The notes under the pieces: model-generated
The model's input: only the letters and a program-made list of their open reading frames with translations
Database searches by the model: none
What the model was told of the DNA's origin: nothing
In this document: one piece after another, positions 61,178-64,000 of the stretch
Position numbering within the stretch: position 1 is the first letter of the stretch
How the letters are laid out: every line of letters starts with the position of its first letter
Made by a program: the position numbers and the translations under genes
Source of the DNA: Candidatus Omnitrophota bacterium
GTDB taxonomy: Bacteria; Omnitrophota; Gorgyraeia; Aquiviventales; Aquiviventaceae
NCBI GenBank assembly: GCA_016198905.1
Contig: JACQHR010000032.1
Coordinates: forward strand, 74,390 to 138,389
Length of the DNA stretch: 64,000 bases
Reading direction: 5' to 3'

Positions 61178-62803
61178 ATGGCGGATGCCACGCAACCCAG
61201 CGACACGTTGAGTACCGTTCTTGGCCAATGTTGCGCCCGGTACCGCAACGCGCTGCTGCTCAAGAGCGGGATCGTGATGGCGCTGGCGGGCGGCTGTCTT
61301 GCCCTGCTGGCGTGGCACCTCTCCTACTGGCGCGTGCCAGCGGCGTGGCGGATGGGCACGGCTGCCACCCTAATGGCGCTGGTGAGTGCGGGAGTGGGGT
61401 GGTGGATGCATCGCCGCTGGGTGTCTTCGCACGCGACGGCGGCATACGTCGATCACGCATTAGGGCTGCAACAGCGGCTGACGACGGCCGCCGAGTTCGC
61501 GCAGGCCCCGCAGCCGCCGCTCCTCTATGGGTTGTTGGTGGAGGACATGCAGCAGCGGTGGACGGCGAACGATCTGCGAGTCCCTCGACTTGTTGATCGC
61601 GCGACGATCGCCATAGCGGCACTGCTCGTGCTGCTCTTGTTGTGGCCGCATGGCGGAAAGACCGCGCTCCAGTTCGCGCAGCTGCCTCGTCCCGCGACAC
61701 CTCCGCCGCGGCCCGATCTCCTAGTCCCTCCGCAACAGAACCCGCAGGACCAGCAACGCACAGGCGCTGCGCAACAGTCCTCGCCATCCGCCTCCAGTCA
61801 ATCGCAGCAGTCCTCCGGCGATGGCTCCGCATCGCCACAGCCTCAACAGGGCGGCATCGGACAACCGCAACCCTCCTCAATAGAACAGTCCTTGGGCGCG
61901 CAGCAGAATCAAGCGCAGAATGGATCCCCCTCACACGCCAGCGGCCAACAGATCCCGCAACCAAATCAAGGCAACCAGCCACAGGGGACGACACGACCGT
62001 CACCGGAGGGCACCTCGCCCGAGCAGTCCGGTCAGTCGCAGCGAGGGGCGCAGCAGATGAATTCAGCCCAGCAGCCATCGAAGCAGGGACAATCTACGCA
62101 AGGCCAGCAACAAGCGGGACAACAAGGACAGCAGGGCCCCTCCGGCACGACGCAAGCGAATGCGCAATCAGCAGGACAGAGCGGCCAGCAGGGGACGAAC
62201 CAGAGCCGGCAATCCGCGGGACAGCAAGGGCAAGGCCAATCACCGCAGTCGAGTGCGACGCGTCAGAGCGCGTCCACGCAAGGCAAAGGCGCGCAACAGA
62301 GCAATGTGGAAGGCGGTCAACAGAGCGCGCAAGCCGCCTCTATGGCGCAGCAGCAATCCGGATCAGGCGCCGGACAGTCGTCCGTCGGACAAGATGCGCT
62401 GAAGGCGGATATTCAGCAGCTGCTCAAGGAAGTCTCCGGAGAATTGAAACAACTCCAAACGCAGATGGATGCCGCGCAGCACCAGCCGCAGATCGGGACC
62501 GGCACCGATCCCAATCTCTACGACGCCCCGACGCCGGTGGATGTAACGACGGGTTCGTCTATGCCCGTCCAATTGCAGACCGATCAAGCCACGACGAAAA
62601 CGCCGCGACCAGGCAGCGGTGTTGGCCGGCCCTCGGGCGAGGTGTCGGCGGCCACTCCTCAAGCGAAGGCGGAAGCGGCGCAACTGTCCGACCAGCCGCT
62701 CGAAGAAACACCCGTGCCTCGCGAGGCGGTGCCGCCCGAGTATCGGCCCATTTTTGATCGCTTGCATCAGCAGACCACGCAACCCAGCGAGCAGACACAA
62801 TGA
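61178..62803 (+). CDS. Membrane protein with a very long Gln/Ser/Gly-rich low-complexity region (DUF4175-like, MoxR-operon associated)
   Basis: 3 N-terminal TM segments, a Q/S/G/P-rich stretch of about 230 aa or more, a coiled segment (DALKADIQQLLKEVSGELKQLQTQMD), and C-terminal VPPEYRPIFDRL. Confidence 0.6.
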   Translation: MADATQPSDTLSTVLGQCCARYRNALLLKSGIVMALAGGCLALLAWHLSYWRVPAAWRMGTAATLMALVSAGVGWWMHRRWVSSHATAAYVDHALGLQQRLTTAAEFAQAPQPPLLYGLLVEDMQQRWTANDLRVPRLVDRATIAIAALLVLLLLWPHGGKTALQFAQLPRPATPPPRPDLLVPPQQNPQDQQRTGAAQQSSPSASSQSQQSSGDGSASPQPQQGGIGQPQPSSIEQSLGAQQNQAQNGSPSHASGQQIPQPNQGNQPQGTTRPSPEGTSPEQSGQSQRGAQQMNSAQQPSKQGQSTQGQQQAGQQGQQGPSGTTQANAQSAGQSGQQGTNQSRQSAGQQGQGQSPQSSATRQSASTQGKGAQQSNVEGGQQSAQAASMAQQQSGSGAGQSSVGQDALKADIQQLLKEVSGELKQLQTQMDAAQHQPQIGTGTDPNLYDAPTPVDVTTGSSMPVQLQTDQATTKTPRPGSGVGRPSGEVSAATPQAKAEAAQLSDQPLEETPVPREAVPPEYRPIFDRLHQQTTQPSEQTQ

Positions 62804-63813
62804 CCCCATTGGCGCTACACCCGGATGAATTTCGCAACACCTTCAACGCGCTGCGCGAGGAGCTCGGCCGTATGATCGTCGGACAACAGGACGTGACCGA
62901 ACGGCTGTTGATCGCGTTCTTCGCCGGCGGGCACGTGCTGCTGGAGGGCGTGCCGGGATTGGGCAAAACGCTGCTGGCGAAATCCTTCGCCCAGGCGCTG
63001 GGCCTCTCGTTCAAGCGGATTCAATGCACGCCCGACCTCATGCCCGCCGACATCCTCGGCACGCAGCTGGTGGTGGATAAGGCGGGGCATAAGATCTTCG
63101 AGTTCGCGAAAGGGCCGATCTTTACGCACATCCTGCTCACGGATGAAATCAACCGGGCGACCCCCAAGACGCAATCAGCACTCCTAGAGGCCATGGAAGA
63201 GCATCAAGTCAGCGTGGCCGGCACGACGTTTACCTTGGACGAACCTTTCTTCGTGATGGCGACGCAAAACCCGATTGAAATGGAAGGCACGTTTCCGCTG
63301 CCCGAGGCCCAATTGGACCGCTTCCTCTTTAAGATTTTTGTCGGCTATCCGTCGCCGGCGGAGCTGTCGCAAATCATCCGGCAGACGACGATCGCCGAGC
63401 GCGTGGAAATCCGCACGGTGCTGCCGCACGATCACGCGCAAGAGTGGATCGTCAACGCGCGACGATTGGTGCGCGAAGTCTTGGTGGCCACGCCGGTGGA
63501 AGAATATGTGGTGCAACTCGTGACCGCCACGCGACCGACGGATCACGGCGCGTCGGACCCGGCCAGCCGCTACTTGCGCTACGGGGCCTCGCCGCGCGGC
63601 GCGCAGGCGATCTTGATGGGGGCAAAAGTCATGGCACTCATCAACGGGAGAGTCAACGTGAGCTTCGAGGACGTGGACCGGATGCTCGTGCCCGCGCTCA
63701 ATCACCGCGTGGTGCTCTCCTTTGAAGCGGAGGCGGATAAACGCACCTCGACGGAGATTTTGGAAGAAATCACCGGACCGCTTCGCAAAAGCGCGTCGGA
63801 CGCGCGCGCGTAA
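62800..63813 (+). CDS. MoxR-family AAA+ ATPase
   Basis: LLEGVPGLGKT (Walker A), ILLTDEINRATPKTQSALLEAMEE (Walker B), ATQNPIEMEGTFPLPEAQLDRF. ATGA overlap with the upstream gene. Confidence 0.95.
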   Translation: MTPLALHPDEFRNTFNALREELGRMIVGQQDVTERLLIAFFAGGHVLLEGVPGLGKTLLAKSFAQALGLSFKRIQCTPDLMPADILGTQLVVDKAGHKIFEFAKGPIFTHILLTDEINRATPKTQSALLEAMEEHQVSVAGTTFTLDEPFFVMATQNPIEMEGTFPLPEAQLDRFLFKIFVGYPSPAELSQIIRQTTIAERVEIRTVLPHDHAQEWIVNARRLVREVLVATPVEEYVVQLVTATRPTDHGASDPASRYLRYGASPRGAQAILMGAKVMALINGRVNVSFEDVDRMLVPALNHRVVLSFEAEADKRTSTEILEEITGPLRKSASDARA

Positions 63814-63832
63814 CCCCTCCGCGTCCACGCCC

Positions 63833-64000
63833 ATGCCGGCCATCGAGTGGTTGACCCCGCAATTCATCAGCCGACTCGAAGCGTTGCAGCTGTCCGTCAA
63901 GTGGGTCCGAGCCGGCAACAAGCTCGGCGGTCGCTTCCCGATCAATCGGCGCGGCTCGTCCATCGAGTTCGCGGATTATGCCGAGTACGCCGCCGGCGAC
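63833..64000 (+). CDS. DUF58-family protein (partial, runs off the window)
   Basis: My translation gives MPAIEWLTPQFISRLEALQLSVKWVRAGNKLGGRFPINRRGSSIEFADYAEYAAGD, which has the G.....G...EF...R.Y..GD pattern of DUF58 that follows MoxR genes. Confidence 0.7.
   Translation, partial: MPAIEWLTPQFISRLEALQLSVKWVRAGNKLGGRFPINRRGSSIEFADYAEYAAGD

Noticed and set aside
61700-62400. A nucleotide-level tandem repeat (VNTR) in the Q-rich gene.
   Set aside because: The low complexity is compositional (CAG/CAA/GGC/TCG-rich). I could not identify an exact repeating unit.

Overview
GC-rich bacterial chromosomal segment. I saw no rRNA, tRNA, CRISPR array, transposase or integrase. All family names come from motifs read in the supplied translations; no HMM or BLAST search was possible.

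Layout:
1. 0.3-28.5 kb: one long plus-strand glycan/exopolysaccharide (EPS) assembly operon, tightly translationally coupled. It holds 5 GT2 genes, 7 GT4 modules (two are double-GT4 fusions), two Wzy/O-antigen-ligase-like paralogs, two polysaccharide deacetylases, a cupin, a frameshifted methyltransferase and a 1913-aa membrane phosphoesterase/lyase-hydrolase-like protein. A minus-strand VapBC + RelE/Phd island interrupts it.
2. 28.7-36.4 kb: secreted BNR-propeller and M64-like proteins, pgpA, then a priming sugar transferase plus a PEP-CTERM protein behind a sigma-54-type promoter.
3. 36.6-45.0 kb (minus strand): an RHH/nucleotidyltransferase pair, then an 8-gene operon: PilZ, N-acyl amino acid synthase-like, ThiF-like, nitroreductase-like, Lol-type ABC exporter, LolA-like protein, beta-barrel.
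4. 45.3-54.5 kb: PEP-CTERM/exosortase core. It contains a second PEP-CTERM gene with a sigma-54-type promoter, a TPR lipoprotein, exosortase, EpsI, histidine kinase, sigma-54 response regulator, GAF protein and rpoN.
5. 54.8-64 kb: FKBP isomerase, CDP-alcohol transferase, GldG-type ABC-2 system, and a Q-rich protein with MoxR and DUF58.

Most unusual signal: 13 copies (E1-E13, all between 1.3 and 27.3 kb) of a palindromic element whose arms are built from 7-nt tandem units.
- The usual form is a G-rich arm with consensus GGGGCARGGGGCGGGAGACAGGGGGC, then a C-rich arm.
- Two copies carry a four-helix-bundle (23S rRNA intervening-sequence protein family) gene in the loop.
- The empty copies sit at cistron junctions or in frame inside coding genes.
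- One copy fuses two GT4 genes. Another carries the upstream stop and downstream start codon in its loop.
- I propose these are rRNA-IVS-like, RNase III-type hairpin cassettes colonising an mRNA operon, together with MITE-like derivatives. This is untested.
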